Shown: positions 47,601 to 56,818 of the stretch, in pieces | Numbering within the stretch: position 1 is the stretch's first letter | Layout of the letters: every line of letters begins with the position of its first letter | From: Oscillospiraceae bacterium | Lineage (GTDB): Bacteria; Bacillota; Clostridia; Oscillospirales; CAG-272 | Direction: 5' to 3' | Length of the DNA stretch: 64,000 nt | NCBI GenBank assembly: GCA_015065065.1 | Contig: SVQX01000004.1 | Location: forward strand, 9,203-73,202 | The notes under the pieces: model-generated | What the model saw: the letters and a program-made list of their open reading frames with translations, nothing else | Told to the model about the DNA's origin: nothing | Database searches by the model: none | Made by a program: the position numbers and the translations under genes

Positions 47601-48036
47601 CGGCAGGAGCATAACGGTCGTGGCGGATGGCGGTAAATATTACTTTATCATGCCCGAGAGCCGCGTTACTCTCGTACCAGGCTTTGAGAGAACGAAATAC
47701 ACCGTCAAATTTATCAGCGACGGACGGATAATCTCCGAGGACGAGTACTTTTACGGCGATGCCGTAGCTGTCCCCGAGAATGTCACAAAGCCTGCCGACG
47801 GTAAATTTACTTACACCTTCGCGGGATGGGATATCCCTGTGCGCACCGTTGACGGAGATGCGGTGTATACAGCAGTATTTTTGACATCCCCGATACTCGA
47901 CCGCGACTCCGTTCCCGTAGCCACCCTCGGACTTTTGGAAATGGGACTGATAGCGGCGGCATCTGCAACCGTGTCTGCGGGCGCTATGCTGTGCGTGTTC
48001 TTTATACGCCGCCGGAAAAATCGAATGAGTGGGTAG
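44632..48036 (+). CDS. Large secreted/anchored surface protein: signal peptide, Tyr-periodic helical repeat, Pro-rich linker, four Listeria-Bacteroides-type repeats, C-terminal TM anchor
   Basis: It has a signal peptide LLSLILCLLIIFSSFPAASAS and repeats of the type YTVTW..G...Y..G......P....Y.FAGW (four copies). The C-terminus is hydrophobic and ends in RRRKNR. Confidence 0.8.
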   Translation: MRMRLEGGRLLSLILCLLIIFSSFPAASASTNEADGAADVLHTVYPSQLLEQLVGEVSDAEANFVDGEMDAALISKFTVKYNEAALLEALDVQVVESEEEITVSITAQDKELNGLCWMPVSARVSIGNTEAEVTLDGGRGEAVLPRAEDQFAVTASVDYQASVAYTHEDAEALANAAYSAGKAAAAALAQYESDLAEYNEKQAAYEKYLSALEIYESEMKKYNAYLESVKQYNAELEKYEAYLVSLETYQTKLAEYQLYLAEYDKYKAAYDEYLDFLANPEKYENSYKSYLEYCEKQELIAKQIANLETIFAMDVEGNILYITLIEDNVAAVIKNKDALVSTGCDEQEVNNADRATKALQMLFTGYAELRSAQSQAKYEYYIANYTKIRDNVTQLYTSLSNLYTNDAVPSILEAKGKLRRYWQFVGQLYVLHCALDDSVTFNPNWNIAGGYPRQLLDPLQIPEDTNCAAPLDAYPKEMSEVKNPAQIQKPTPPTEIKKPIAPIAVNQPTKPVEVIKPNYPTAAEYPGEKPTAPIFSAAVSAFAKAVQSGELKKRTVAVDNISAIDAVAQCAVSLDGYVAVGFYEAGSASLSFVKCVSSGEALALPQPQESIFSDREYTYTFDAWLMPDGARADGEMTLDSDICLHAAYTRGTRLYTVTWHIGDGSITSYHAYGELPIFDGELPIPDSAEFNYSFAGWEPSPVSVTADAEYTAQLTATTKKYAVTWRVGEKSYKQTYLYGQTPSFSDTDVLAEEAERLSDVSGGKYIYRFVGWDKKISAVSVNVTYTAVYASVDVIPDLSEGMEVSISTDKTTVYVDIISDADGLAAQLDISYVLDRAKGKSLVIRLDGVTLCFASDDVTNIRRATGKYLKVAHGKNSICIDVLNIFEISLGSYVSATAIFDDGDADGEPMLLRDGEPYEFVLTKEGVCFTVKPGKCYELYHGFSISIDEAEGGECVLLSDSFAAAGDKIELELLARRGYSIGELAVITPDGRSITVVADGGKYYFIMPESRVTLVPGFERTKYTVKFISDGRIISEDEYFYGDAVAVPENVTKPADGKFTYTFAGWDIPVRTVDGDAVYTAVFLTSPILDRDSVPVATLGLLEMGLIAAASATVSAGAMLCVFFIRRRKNRMSG
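45244..45447 (+). repeat. 4 x 51-nt (17-codon) in-frame tandem repeat with Tyr at fixed positions
   Basis: The units are YEKYLSALEIYESEMKK / YNAYLESVKQYNAELEK / YEAYLVSLETYQTKLAE / YQLYLAEYDKYKAAYDE. Confidence 0.85.
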
Positions 48037-48073
48037 GGATGGCTGAAATTGACAAATAATTATTGAAATGCTG

Positions 48074-48102
48074 TTGACAAAACAGGACATTTGGTTTATA
48101 AT
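48074..48102 (+). promoter_or_regulatory. Consensus sigma-A promoter of the BY-kinase gene
   Basis: It has TTGACA, a 17-nt spacer and TATAAT. Confidence 0.75.
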
Positions 48103-48166
48103 AATCGTGTAGGCTATCCACTGTAACAGTCGGAATGCCACGTTACTTGATTGAAAGGATAGAAAA

Positions 48167-49690
48167 ATGAACAATAAGGAAAACAGACAGGAAGTTGACG
48201 TTAGCTTTCTTGCCAAAATATTAAAAGCTAATATAATTCTTATTTTGGTTGTTGCTGTGATTTGCGCAGCAGGACTTGGCGCATTCAGGCACTTTAATAC
48301 CGTGCCCACCTATACGTCGTCGGTGTCCTTCTTTGTAAACGGTCTGTCTATGAATACGGACGGAACACAGTTTGTAAACCCGGGTAATACCTCGGGTGCG
48401 ACTACGCTTGCGGAGTCCTTCGAGATAGTTATAACGTCACGCTCCGTGGTAAATAAGGCGCTGGACGTGCTTCCCGCAGGAAATAAGTACGACGGTATTA
48501 CTGTCGATAGCGCACGCACGCTTATGAGCGCAAAGCTTGACGTTCAGATTTTGACTGTAAGCGTAACTCATTCCGACCCCGACGTGGCTTATGAGCTGGC
48601 TCACGCTATGGAAAAGGCAGCTCCCAAGGCGCTTGATTCTTACGTAGGACTTTCGGAGGATGCAGACAATACCATAAGCGTTGTAAAGGTCGTTGAGAAC
48701 GCCGTCAAGGATACTACCCCCAGCGGTAAAAACACTGTAACCTTTGCGCTTATCGGATTTATTCTCGGAGCGGCGCTGGTATATGTTATTGCCTTCCTTA
48801 AAGCGTTCTTTGACAGAACGATATATACCGAGGAGGAGGTCAAGGATCACTTTGAGGTGCCCGTTGTAGGTCAGATACCCTCGTGGAATCCCGACGGCAA
48901 GCTTATTACAAAAAAGGATCTGAAAAAGGCTAAGGCAGACGTTCTCCGTAACTATACGGGCAGAATACTGTCGCCGCAGACTCCCTTTGCTGTGTCCGAG
49001 GCATTCAGGCTTCTCCGTACCAATATGTGCTATACCGCTAATAACGGTAGCTCCTGCGCAGTATACGGAATTGTTTCCTCTAGCGCGGGAGAAGGAAAGT
49101 CAATAGTTTCGGCAAATACGGCTATTTCCTTTGCACAGATGGGCAAGAAGGTACTGCTCGTGGATGCAGACCTCCGCGCACCTGTTCAGCGCAAGATATT
49201 TAGTCTTGATGCAAAAGCGGCGGGACTTTCGGATTATCTTGCCGGTATTGAAGATGATGTGATACTCTCCATTTCCGACATTGAAAATCTTTCCGTTATA
49301 ACGAGCGGCAGAATTCCGCCTAACCCCGCAGAGCTTTTGGCATCTCCCCGTATGACTCAGCTTATAGAAAACGCAAAGCAGAATTACGATATCGTTATTA
49401 TCGACCTGCCTCCCGTATGCGAGGTTGCTGATGCGGGTGTTATCAGTAGCGTAGTGGACCATTACCTCATGGTAGTGCGCTCCACACAGTCGGATATCGG
49501 AATGGTATCCTCCGCTCTCAGTATGCTTGCAGGCTTTGATGCATCTGTTGCAGGCTTTGTAATTAACGATCTTAACCTCAAGGTTAGCGGATATTCTAAG
49601 AAATCTAAGTACGGCAAGTCTTACAGATACGGCTATGCTTACGGCTACGGCGCTACGAGAGTCAACAGACAAGACGACTCTCAATCGTAA
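48167..49690 (+). CDS. Fused Wzz-type chain-length determinant / bacterial tyrosine autokinase (BY-kinase)
   Basis: An N-terminal two-TM Wzz-like module is followed by Walker A SSSAGEGKS, Walker A' VLLVDADLR and Walker B IVIIDLPP. The C-terminus has a Tyr cluster YGKSYRYGYAYGYG. Confidence 0.85.
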   Translation: MNNKENRQEVDVSFLAKILKANIILILVVAVICAAGLGAFRHFNTVPTYTSSVSFFVNGLSMNTDGTQFVNPGNTSGATTLAESFEIVITSRSVVNKALDVLPAGNKYDGITVDSARTLMSAKLDVQILTVSVTHSDPDVAYELAHAMEKAAPKALDSYVGLSEDADNTISVVKVVENAVKDTTPSGKNTVTFALIGFILGAALVYVIAFLKAFFDRTIYTEEEVKDHFEVPVVGQIPSWNPDGKLITKKDLKKAKADVLRNYTGRILSPQTPFAVSEAFRLLRTNMCYTANNGSSCAVYGIVSSSAGEGKSIVSANTAISFAQMGKKVLLVDADLRAPVQRKIFSLDAKAAGLSDYLAGIEDDVILSISDIENLSVITSGRIPPNPAELLASPRMTQLIENAKQNYDIVIIDLPPVCEVADAGVISSVVDHYLMVVRSTQSDIGMVSSALSMLAGFDASVAGFVINDLNLKVSGYSKKSKYGKSYRYGYAYGYGATRVNRQDDSQS

Positions 49691-49716
49691 TCAAACGAGC
49701 GCGAGGTGAAGTGAAA

Positions 49717-50448
49717 ATGACTCTTGAAAAAAGAACTGACGCCGTGGCGACGGGCTTTGAGAGAATTGATTTTCACGCTCATATCATTCCGCGGCTCGAC
49801 CATGGCTCAAATGACGTAAGTCAAGGCAAAGAGCAGCTCGCTCGGCTTCACAGAGCAGGGGTAGACACCGTATGTGCCACATCGCATTTTTATCCAAACG
49901 CAGCTCTTGCGAGCGATTTTCTTGCCAAAAGAGAAAGCTCGTTTGAGAAGCTGGTATGCGAAATGGGGGATAACGCCCGCCCGCGTATCATTCTCGGTGC
50001 TGAGGTGCTGATATGCGAGGGGCTTGAGAATATGGACGAGCTTAGCTCGCTGTGCCTCGAAGGCACGAACCTGCTGTTGCTTGAGCTTCCACTTGGAGCT
50101 TCAAGCGTGAGCGAGGCTATGTACGAAACGGCTTTGGCTATACGCGACAAGGGAATCACCCCCGTGCTTGCCCACGTCGACAGATATCCGCCCCAGCTTA
50201 TTCGACCACTTCTTGACAGAGGGATATACGCCCAAATTAACGCGACTGCAATGTTTGGTCTGTTCCGACCGAAGCATATTGATGAATGGATAGGCGACGG
50301 TCATGTCATAGCCCTTGGAAGTGACTATCATTTCGGCGTGGATAAGGGCGTCGAGTGCTTTGAAAGGCTGTGCGAAAAGCGCGCAGAGCTGACATTTGAT
50401 ATATTCCGTCGGACTCGCGAATTGCTCCAAAATGCCGTAAGACGTTAA
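49717..50448 (+). CDS. PHP-family protein-tyrosine phosphatase (CpsB/YwqE type)
   Basis: It has the N-terminal metal motif IDFHAHIIPRLDHGS and later HVDRY. I chose the ATG at 49717, which lies 8 nt after GAGGTG. Confidence 0.8.
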   Translation: MTLEKRTDAVATGFERIDFHAHIIPRLDHGSNDVSQGKEQLARLHRAGVDTVCATSHFYPNAALASDFLAKRESSFEKLVCEMGDNARPRIILGAEVLICEGLENMDELSSLCLEGTNLLLLELPLGASSVSEAMYETALAIRDKGITPVLAHVDRYPPQLIRPLLDRGIYAQINATAMFGLFRPKHIDEWIGDGHVIALGSDYHFGVDKGVECFERLCEKRAELTFDIFRRTRELLQNAVRR

Positions 50449-50463
50449 ATTGAATATTTTAGT

Positions 50464-50496
50464 GAGAGTGTCGGATTTTCTGACACTCTCCTTTTG
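50464..50496 (+). terminator. Terminator after the phosphatase gene
   Basis: The stem gagagtgtc/gacactctc is followed by cttttg. Confidence 0.75.
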
Positions 50497-50547
50497 CAGA
50501 AGCGCAGCCGCAAATTCCAAAAAATCTTAAATATTTGCTGATATTCC

Positions 50548-50576
50548 TTGCAATTTTTGCACTTTTCTGTTATACT
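50548..50576 (+). promoter_or_regulatory. Sigma-A type promoter
   Basis: It has TTGCAA, a 17-nt spacer and TATACT. Confidence 0.6.
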
Positions 50577-50614
50577 GTATATGTATAGAAATTTTTGCAC
50601 GAAAGGATACGCTT

Positions 50615-51460
50615 ATGCCCGCTCTATTGAATGATACCTCCGCAGAAAAGGTGATGCGCAGATATACCAAAATTGCGTTTTTTGTGACCCTTGTCTGTTT
50701 TACCTTGTACTCCTGCGTGATAGTACCGCTTTATACTCAGGTCCACGCCGATATTATGTATAACGGCGGAATACTGGATACTGTGCTGTATCTTCTTTAT
50801 AACGCTATGGACCTTATCGTAATGTTCACCGTTTTTCCCGTAACTGTCTTTTCGGTTTATTTGCGAGGCGGTAAGGCAAGCGCAAAGCTCTTTGTAATGT
50901 ATCCCGTGCTTGTCGTATATAAGTACATTCTTAACACCGTTGCAAGCTATATCGCAGACGGCGCGCTCCCCGAATTCGATAAGCTTTTGAGCGCAGATCT
51001 GCCATTGATATCCATGCTCGTGCTGCTTGAGGTAGTGCAGTACGCCCTGGTGTGCTTGGCTGCTTGCATCATCATTACTCGCGCGCGCCGCGTATTTGAT
51101 TTCAAGCAGAAGGCGGCAAGCATAAGCGGCAGAATGTATTCCTTCCGTGACGGTATTTTCCCGATAAAGAGGATATTCAATTTCAAAAATCCCGTGCAGC
51201 GCTCCGCTTTCGTAACAGCTGTAATTTTCTTCGCTGTCAGGGCATTTTCAAATTTGACTTATCAGTTCACGCTCCTCGTATACAACGGCTTTAACGACGG
51301 CTGGTTCGTGCTTGTGACCGACCTGCTTATAGACGTTGGGCTGTCGGCTGTTTGCTATCTTGTCAGCCTTATGGTGCTTCAGAAAATGGATGTGGCACAG
51401 CTTGAAATTGCCGCCGAGGAGGAGCAGACCGAGCTGCGCGGCGAGGGGATAGATATCTGA
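50615..51460 (+). CDS. Membrane protein of unknown function
   Basis: It has about 6 hydrophobic segments and an acidic C-terminus. RBS GAAAGGA. Its stop overlaps the next ATG (TGATG). Confidence 0.55.
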   Translation: MPALLNDTSAEKVMRRYTKIAFFVTLVCFTLYSCVIVPLYTQVHADIMYNGGILDTVLYLLYNAMDLIVMFTVFPVTVFSVYLRGGKASAKLFVMYPVLVVYKYILNTVASYIADGALPEFDKLLSADLPLISMLVLLEVVQYALVCLAACIIITRARRVFDFKQKAASISGRMYSFRDGIFPIKRIFNFKNPVQRSAFVTAVIFFAVRAFSNLTYQFTLLVYNGFNDGWFVLVTDLLIDVGLSAVCYLVSLMVLQKMDVAQLEIAAEEEQTELRGEGIDI

Positions 51461-52182
51461 TGGCAGACTCTATGCGACTTGATAAATACATGAGCCTTGC
51501 GGGTGTGCTTTCCCGAAGCGATACGGCACGTGCCGTAAGAGCAGGTGATATTCTGATAAACGGTGCCGTACCAAAGAGATCCGACACGCGGCTGGATGCT
51601 GACTCGGACACGGTCACTTATCGCGGCGAGCGAGTGGTCTACCGAGAGTTTACCTACGTTTTGCTGAATAAGCCGCAGGGCTACGTCAGCGCGACGGAGG
51701 ACGGCTCGCAGATGACTGTGCTTGAGCTGCTGCCCGAGGAGCTTCGGCGTGTCCGCCCACAGCTTTTTCCGTGCGGACGGTTGGACAAAAACACCATGGG
51801 GCTGATGATACTCACAAACGACGGGCAGCTTTCGCACAAGCTGCTCTCGCCCAAACGGCACGTCGACAAAACGTACCGCTTTGCTGTCAAATTCCCGCTG
51901 TCCGACGCTGACGTGACACAGCTTGAGAACGGTGTGGATATCGGTGGCTACGTAACCGCTCCCTGTAAGGTCACGCTCATAGACTGCAAAAACGGTGAGA
52001 TAACCATTCACGAGGGCAAATATCATCAGATAAAGCTGATGATGGAGGCAGTGCATAACCAAATAGTCGAGCTTGAAAGAATAAGATTTGGCAAGATAAC
52101 TCTGCCTGATGACTTGCCGCTCGGTAAATGTCGTCTGATGACGGACGGGGAAATAACGGCTCTTTGCGAGTCGGTAAATTAA
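51460..52182 (+). CDS. rsuA: Pseudouridine synthase, RsuA/RluB family (S4 domain plus catalytic domain)
   Basis: It has an S4 N-terminus (MRLDKYMS...SRSDTARAV) and the catalytic Asp motif GRLDKNTMGLMILTNDG. Confidence 0.8.
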   Translation: MADSMRLDKYMSLAGVLSRSDTARAVRAGDILINGAVPKRSDTRLDADSDTVTYRGERVVYREFTYVLLNKPQGYVSATEDGSQMTVLELLPEELRRVRPQLFPCGRLDKNTMGLMILTNDGQLSHKLLSPKRHVDKTYRFAVKFPLSDADVTQLENGVDIGGYVTAPCKVTLIDCKNGEITIHEGKYHQIKLMMEAVHNQIVELERIRFGKITLPDDLPLGKCRLMTDGEITALCESVN

Positions 52183-52239
52183 GTAAAAAATAAACTAATA
52201 TAAAGGAGCTTTCCCCGAAGGGAAGGCGAGGTGCTGAAA

Positions 52240-54387
52240 ATGAACATTATTGAAACTCTTGCAAAAGAACTCGGGCTGAACATCCCTCAGGTAGAGCGCA
52301 CCGTCGAGCTTATCGACGAAGGGAACACCATACCCTTTATTGCCCGTTACCGTAAGGAGGTCACGGGATCGCTTGACGATAACGTGTTGCGTGATCTTGA
52401 CGAGCGACTCAAGGCTCTCCGTAATCTTGAAAAGCGCCGTGAGGAGGTAAAGGCTCTTATAGATGCGCAGGGTAAGCTGACGGACGAGCTTATAGCTGCT
52501 ATCGATAACGCAAATACCGTTACCGAGGTTGACGATATCTACCGTCCCTACCGCCCGCACCGCAAGACCCGCGCGTCGGTTGCGAGAGAAAAGGGACTTG
52601 AGGATCTGGCAATGCTCATCCTTTCTCAGCTTCCCGAATATACCCCCTCCATTGAGGAGCAGGCGGAGGCGTTTGTAAACGAGGAGAAGGGAGTTGCGTC
52701 GGTGGAGGAGGCGCTTGCGGGCGCGTCCGACATTATTGCCGAGGAGGTGTCGGATAACGCAGAATACCGCAAAAAGCTGCGCGCGCTGTCCTTTGAGTAC
52801 GGCTCGCTCGCTACCAAGGCAGCAAAGGAGCAGGACTCCGTGTACTCTATGTACTACGACTATACCGAGGCTATAAAGAAGATCCCCGGACACCGAATTC
52901 TTGCCATCAACCGCGGCGAGAAGGAGGAGTTCTTGAAGGTAACGCTGAGCATCCCGCTTGAAATAGTGATAAACTATCTGTATAATGAGGTCATCACGCT
53001 GTCCTCGTCCCCCGCACGCAAGTACGTCAGCGCGGCTATCGACGACAGCTATAACCGCCTCATCGCACCCTCAATTGAGCGAGAGATACGGAACGACCTG
53101 TTCGATACCGCCTGCGACGGTGCTATCAAGGTTTTCTCGGATAATCTCGGACATCTCTTGCTTCAGCCTCCGCTCAAAGGCAAGACAGTGCTTGGCTTTG
53201 ACCCCGGTTACGCTCACGGCTGTAAGCTCGCAGTAGTTGACAGAACCGGAAAGGTGCTTGATACGGCAGTAATATTCCCGACTCAAAAGAACAGAATGGA
53301 GGATGCCGCGCGAGTCGTAAAAAGACTTATCCGCGTCTACAAGGTGGACGTTGTGGCTATCGGAAACGGCACGGCATCCAAGGAAAGCGAGATATTTATC
53401 GCCAATATCCTCAAGGAAATTCCCGAAAGCTGCCGTTATATTATCGTAAACGAGGCCGGTGCGTCTATCTACTCCGCGTCGGCGCTGGCGGCGGAGGAAT
53501 TCCCCGAATTTGACGTTATGCAGCGCTCTGCGGTGTCTATTGCAAGACGGCTTCAGGACCCGCTTGCCGAGCTTGTAAAGATCGACCCCAAGGGAATAGG
53601 AGTAGGTCAGTATCAGCATGATATGAAGCAGGCTGTGCTTGACGGCGCACTGGGTGCCGTGGTCGAGGACTGCGTTAACGCCGTCGGCGTTGACGTAAAT
53701 ACCGCGTCCTACTCACTGCTCGCATACATTTCGGGTATCAATACCGCAAGTGCAAAGAATATCGTAAAATACCGCGAGGAGAACGGTGAATTTACCTCCC
53801 GCGCTCAGCTTACCAAAGTGCCGCGTATCGGTGCAAAGGCTTACGAGCAGTGCGCAGGCTTCCTTCGAATTCCGGGCGGTAAGGAGATACTTGACAACAC
53901 GGGTATTCACCCCGAGTCATATGCAAGCACGCGCGCCCTCCTTAAAATGTTCGAGCTTACCGAGGAGAGCATCGGTACGTCCGAGATATCCTCGCTCCGC
54001 TCCAAGGTGGCAAGGAAGGGAGCTGCGGCGGTTTGCTCCGAGCTTGGAATCGGCGAGCCTACTCTTATGGATATTATCGCCGAGCTTGAAAAGCCGGGAC
54101 GCGATATCCGTGATACCTTCCCCGCGCCCATTCTCCGCGACGACGTTATGTCGCTTGAGGATCTGAAGCCGGATATGCTGCTTGACGGTACGGTGCGAAA
54201 CGTTACCGACTTTGGTGCATTCGTGGATATCGGCGTGCATCAGGACGGGCTCGTTCACATTTCTCAGATGTGCGACAGATACATCAAGCACCCATCCGAA
54301 GCCGTATCACTTGGAGATCACGTAAAGGTCAAGGTGCTGTCCGTTGACGTTGCAAAGAAGCGTATATCGCTTACTATGAAGCTGTAA
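52240..54387 (+). CDS. tex: Tex-like transcription accessory protein with a C-terminal S1 domain
   Basis: The N-terminus TIPFIARYRKE, a YqgF-like centre, HhH repeats and the C-terminal S1 (GTVRNVTDFGAFVDIG...GLVHIS) are all present. Confidence 0.9.
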   Translation: MNIIETLAKELGLNIPQVERTVELIDEGNTIPFIARYRKEVTGSLDDNVLRDLDERLKALRNLEKRREEVKALIDAQGKLTDELIAAIDNANTVTEVDDIYRPYRPHRKTRASVAREKGLEDLAMLILSQLPEYTPSIEEQAEAFVNEEKGVASVEEALAGASDIIAEEVSDNAEYRKKLRALSFEYGSLATKAAKEQDSVYSMYYDYTEAIKKIPGHRILAINRGEKEEFLKVTLSIPLEIVINYLYNEVITLSSSPARKYVSAAIDDSYNRLIAPSIEREIRNDLFDTACDGAIKVFSDNLGHLLLQPPLKGKTVLGFDPGYAHGCKLAVVDRTGKVLDTAVIFPTQKNRMEDAARVVKRLIRVYKVDVVAIGNGTASKESEIFIANILKEIPESCRYIIVNEAGASIYSASALAAEEFPEFDVMQRSAVSIARRLQDPLAELVKIDPKGIGVGQYQHDMKQAVLDGALGAVVEDCVNAVGVDVNTASYSLLAYISGINTASAKNIVKYREENGEFTSRAQLTKVPRIGAKAYEQCAGFLRIPGGKEILDNTGIHPESYASTRALLKMFELTEESIGTSEISSLRSKVARKGAAAVCSELGIGEPTLMDIIAELEKPGRDIRDTFPAPILRDDVMSLEDLKPDMLLDGTVRNVTDFGAFVDIGVHQDGLVHISQMCDRYIKHPSEAVSLGDHVKVKVLSVDVAKKRISLTMKL

Positions 54388-54410
54388 TTTTATAAATAAA
54401 GGAGAAAATT

Positions 54411-56033
54411 ATGAGTAAAAAAGTAAAAGTCATTCTGTCGCTCGTGATCTCAACGCTGATACTCGGCGTTGCGTATTACGTAGCACTGCCTCCGCTCAAT
54501 GCGTACAGCGTTGAATTCTGGATATCGCTGATATTTGCTATTGCCGTTTACGGAATTCCGCTGAACGTCATATTGGGCTCGTCCACCGTAAAGCGCGGAC
54601 ATTTTGAGCTGAAATTCCACCCCGTTATGTGGGTGCTGCTGGCTATCCCCGCCGCTGTGATAGTGGTAGGCTCTATATTTTCATCCACCTTTTTCAACGC
54701 ACAGAAGTACGCATCTATCGCTAATGTCGAGGAGGCGGTATTTTCCGAGGATATGCCCGAGGTGGATACCGTTACCAACATTTCGCTGATGGATACTACC
54801 TCCGCGCAGGTGTTTGGCGAGAGAAAGCTGGGTGAGTTGTCCGACGTTGTATCGCAGTATCAGCTCAGCTACGACTACAACCAGATAAATTTCAAGCGCA
54901 CCCCCAAAAAGATCTCCAACCTCGAATATGCCGACTTTTTCAAGTGGATAAATAACCGCAATAGTGGTATCCCCGGCTACGTCATGGTTAACCCTGTGGA
55001 TACCTCTGCAGAGTATATCAAGCTTGATAAGCCGCTCAAGTACGTGGATAGCGGATATTTCGGTGACGACCTTATGCGCAAGCTGAGATTTTCTTATCCC
55101 ACAAAGATTTTTGATGATATCAACTTTGAGATTGACGACGATGGAAATCCATATTTCATCGTTTCCTGTCTTAGCCCTAAGGTATTTATGTTCGGCGGAA
55201 TGGACGTAAATGAGGTTATAATTTTTAATCCTTGCGATGGCACGTCGCAGCGTTACGACGTTGAGGATGCTCCCGCATGGATAGACAACGTCTTCTCAGG
55301 CTACCTTGCCTGCGAAAAGTACGACTGGAAGGGAACGCTTTCGGGAGGATTTTGGAACTCCGTTATCGGAAATAAGGACTGTAAGATAACCACCGACGAT
55401 TTCGGATATATCGTACTTGAGGATGATGTCTGGTACTTTACGGGCGTTACCTCCGTTACCAGCGACGAGTCCAATATCGGATTTATCATCAGCAACGCGC
55501 GCACGGGCGAATATAAGTATTATACCGTTGCGGGTGCCGAGGAATATTCCGCTATGGGCGCGGCGCAGGGCGAGGTGCAGGAGAAGGGATACACGGCTTC
55601 CTTCCCGTCGCTTATCAACGTGTCGGGTAAAGCGACGTATATCATGATGCTCAAGGACGCTAACGATATTCCGAAGCTGTACGCGCTTGTAAACGTTGAA
55701 AACTACACCATCGTTGCAACTGGCGAAACTCAGACAGAGGCAAAGCGTGCATATGTCAAGCTGCTTGAGGAAAAGGGAGTTATCAGCGAGGAAGAGATCC
55801 CCGAGGAGCAGATAAAGAGCGTGTCCGTATTGGTTGAGGACGTGCGCCTTGCGGTTATGGGCGGCGAGACCGTGGTTTATATCACAGACGAGAACGGCGC
55901 GGTCTACAAGGGCTACCTTGAAAAGGACGAAAGCCTTATCCTCATTCGCAAGGGCGATACTATCGACATCAAGTATGTTGAAGCCGAGGGTGCTATTATT
56001 GAAATAGATACCTTCGTCGGAATACAAGAATAA
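54411..56033 (+). CDS. Membrane-anchored protein of unknown function (3 N-terminal TM segments, ~440-aa extracytoplasmic domain)
   Basis: This is a clean ORF with RBS AAGGAGAAAA. I recognise no family motif. Confidence 0.6.
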   Translation: MSKKVKVILSLVISTLILGVAYYVALPPLNAYSVEFWISLIFAIAVYGIPLNVILGSSTVKRGHFELKFHPVMWVLLAIPAAVIVVGSIFSSTFFNAQKYASIANVEEAVFSEDMPEVDTVTNISLMDTTSAQVFGERKLGELSDVVSQYQLSYDYNQINFKRTPKKISNLEYADFFKWINNRNSGIPGYVMVNPVDTSAEYIKLDKPLKYVDSGYFGDDLMRKLRFSYPTKIFDDINFEIDDDGNPYFIVSCLSPKVFMFGGMDVNEVIIFNPCDGTSQRYDVEDAPAWIDNVFSGYLACEKYDWKGTLSGGFWNSVIGNKDCKITTDDFGYIVLEDDVWYFTGVTSVTSDESNIGFIISNARTGEYKYYTVAGAEEYSAMGAAQGEVQEKGYTASFPSLINVSGKATYIMMLKDANDIPKLYALVNVENYTIVATGETQTEAKRAYVKLLEEKGVISEEEIPEEQIKSVSVLVEDVRLAVMGGETVVYITDENGAVYKGYLEKDESLILIRKGDTIDIKYVEAEGAIIEIDTFVGIQE

Positions 56034-56035
56034 AA

Positions 56036-56077
56036 GCTACAGAGGCTGAGCCGTTAATTCGGCTCAGCCTCTGTAGC
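56036..56077. terminator. 18-bp perfect hairpin between convergent units (T-run only on the minus-strand side)
   Basis: The stem is gctacagaggctgagccg/cggctcagcctctgtagc, with the plus-strand A-run taaaa immediately 5' of it. Confidence 0.7.
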
Positions 56078-56191
56078 TTCGGGCGTTGAATGGGTATTTA
56101 TTCTGCCGTCGTCGGTACAGCAAACCAAAGTGGCAATATATAAAATAATGAGAAAGAACAAGAGAATGTTGATAAATCTTTTATGCTTCAT
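56054..56191 (-). CDS. Candidate 45-aa membrane micro-protein (MKHKRFINILLFFLIILYIATLVCCTDDGRINTHSTPEATEAEPN)
   Basis: It falls below the ORF-track cutoff. It has a basic N-terminus and one hydrophobic helix. A G-rich RBS-like gggggtga lies upstream. It sits 65 nt downstream of the LytTR gene and its stop lies in the terminator loop. Confidence 0.3.
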   Translation of the reverse strand: MKHKRFINILLFFLIILYIATLVCCTDDGRINTHSTPEATEAEPN

Positions 56192-56256
56192 ACTACCGTC
56201 ACCCCCGTGCGCCGTTTTGGCAATATATTATATGGAGGCGGCGGTTCAAATATGAC

Positions 56257-56811
56257 CTATTCGTAACGTATTCGATTGACAGCAGCACGTACCGACGCCG
56301 AATAATTGCGGGACAGGGGAAGGACAACTTCGTTTTTGAGCGTAACGGCTTTGGAGCTGATTTCGGCTATTTGTCGTAGCTCGGCGGCATAGGAACGGTG
56401 TATGCGTATCACCGTTCCGCCAAGCCTTTCGGAAATGGCGGCAAAGGTCGAGGCGGTAACGATCTCACGTCCGTCGATGGTGACGATTTTTATGTATCTG
56501 CCGGACGAGCGGGCGTAGAGGATGCCGTCGGGAGAAATACTGTGCGTTTTGCCGTCAATAGAGCGCAGGCTCACGTCGGCGGCAAGCACGTCGGAGTTGC
56601 TTGAAATATGAAGATAGATAGGTGCATCAAGGCTTTTCATACTCCACACAGCGGTGGCACGCTGCTTTACGGTCAAGCCGTGAGCAACGGTTGCCGAAAC
56701 TACGCTGATATTTTCATCACACGCTATTTCGCGGCAGACTACATGTATATTTTGATCTCCGCCGAATCGGTAGCGAAGTAGCTTTTCAGTGAGTAACAGT
56801 GTGTTTGACAT
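56257..56811 (-). CDS. LytTR-domain DNA-binding protein without a receiver domain
   Basis: The C-terminal region YIKIVTIDGREI.....F..I.ERL....IRIHRSY......I is LytTR-like. I do not recognise the ~90 N-terminal residues. Confidence 0.7.
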   Translation of the reverse strand: MSNTLLLTEKLLRYRFGGDQNIHVVCREIACDENISVVSATVAHGLTVKQRATAVWSMKSLDAPIYLHISSNSDVLAADVSLRSIDGKTHSISPDGILYARSSGRYIKIVTIDGREIVTASTFAAISERLGGTVIRIHRSYAAELRQIAEISSKAVTLKNEVVLPLSRNYSASVRAAVNRIRYE

Positions 56812-56818
56812 GAATTCC

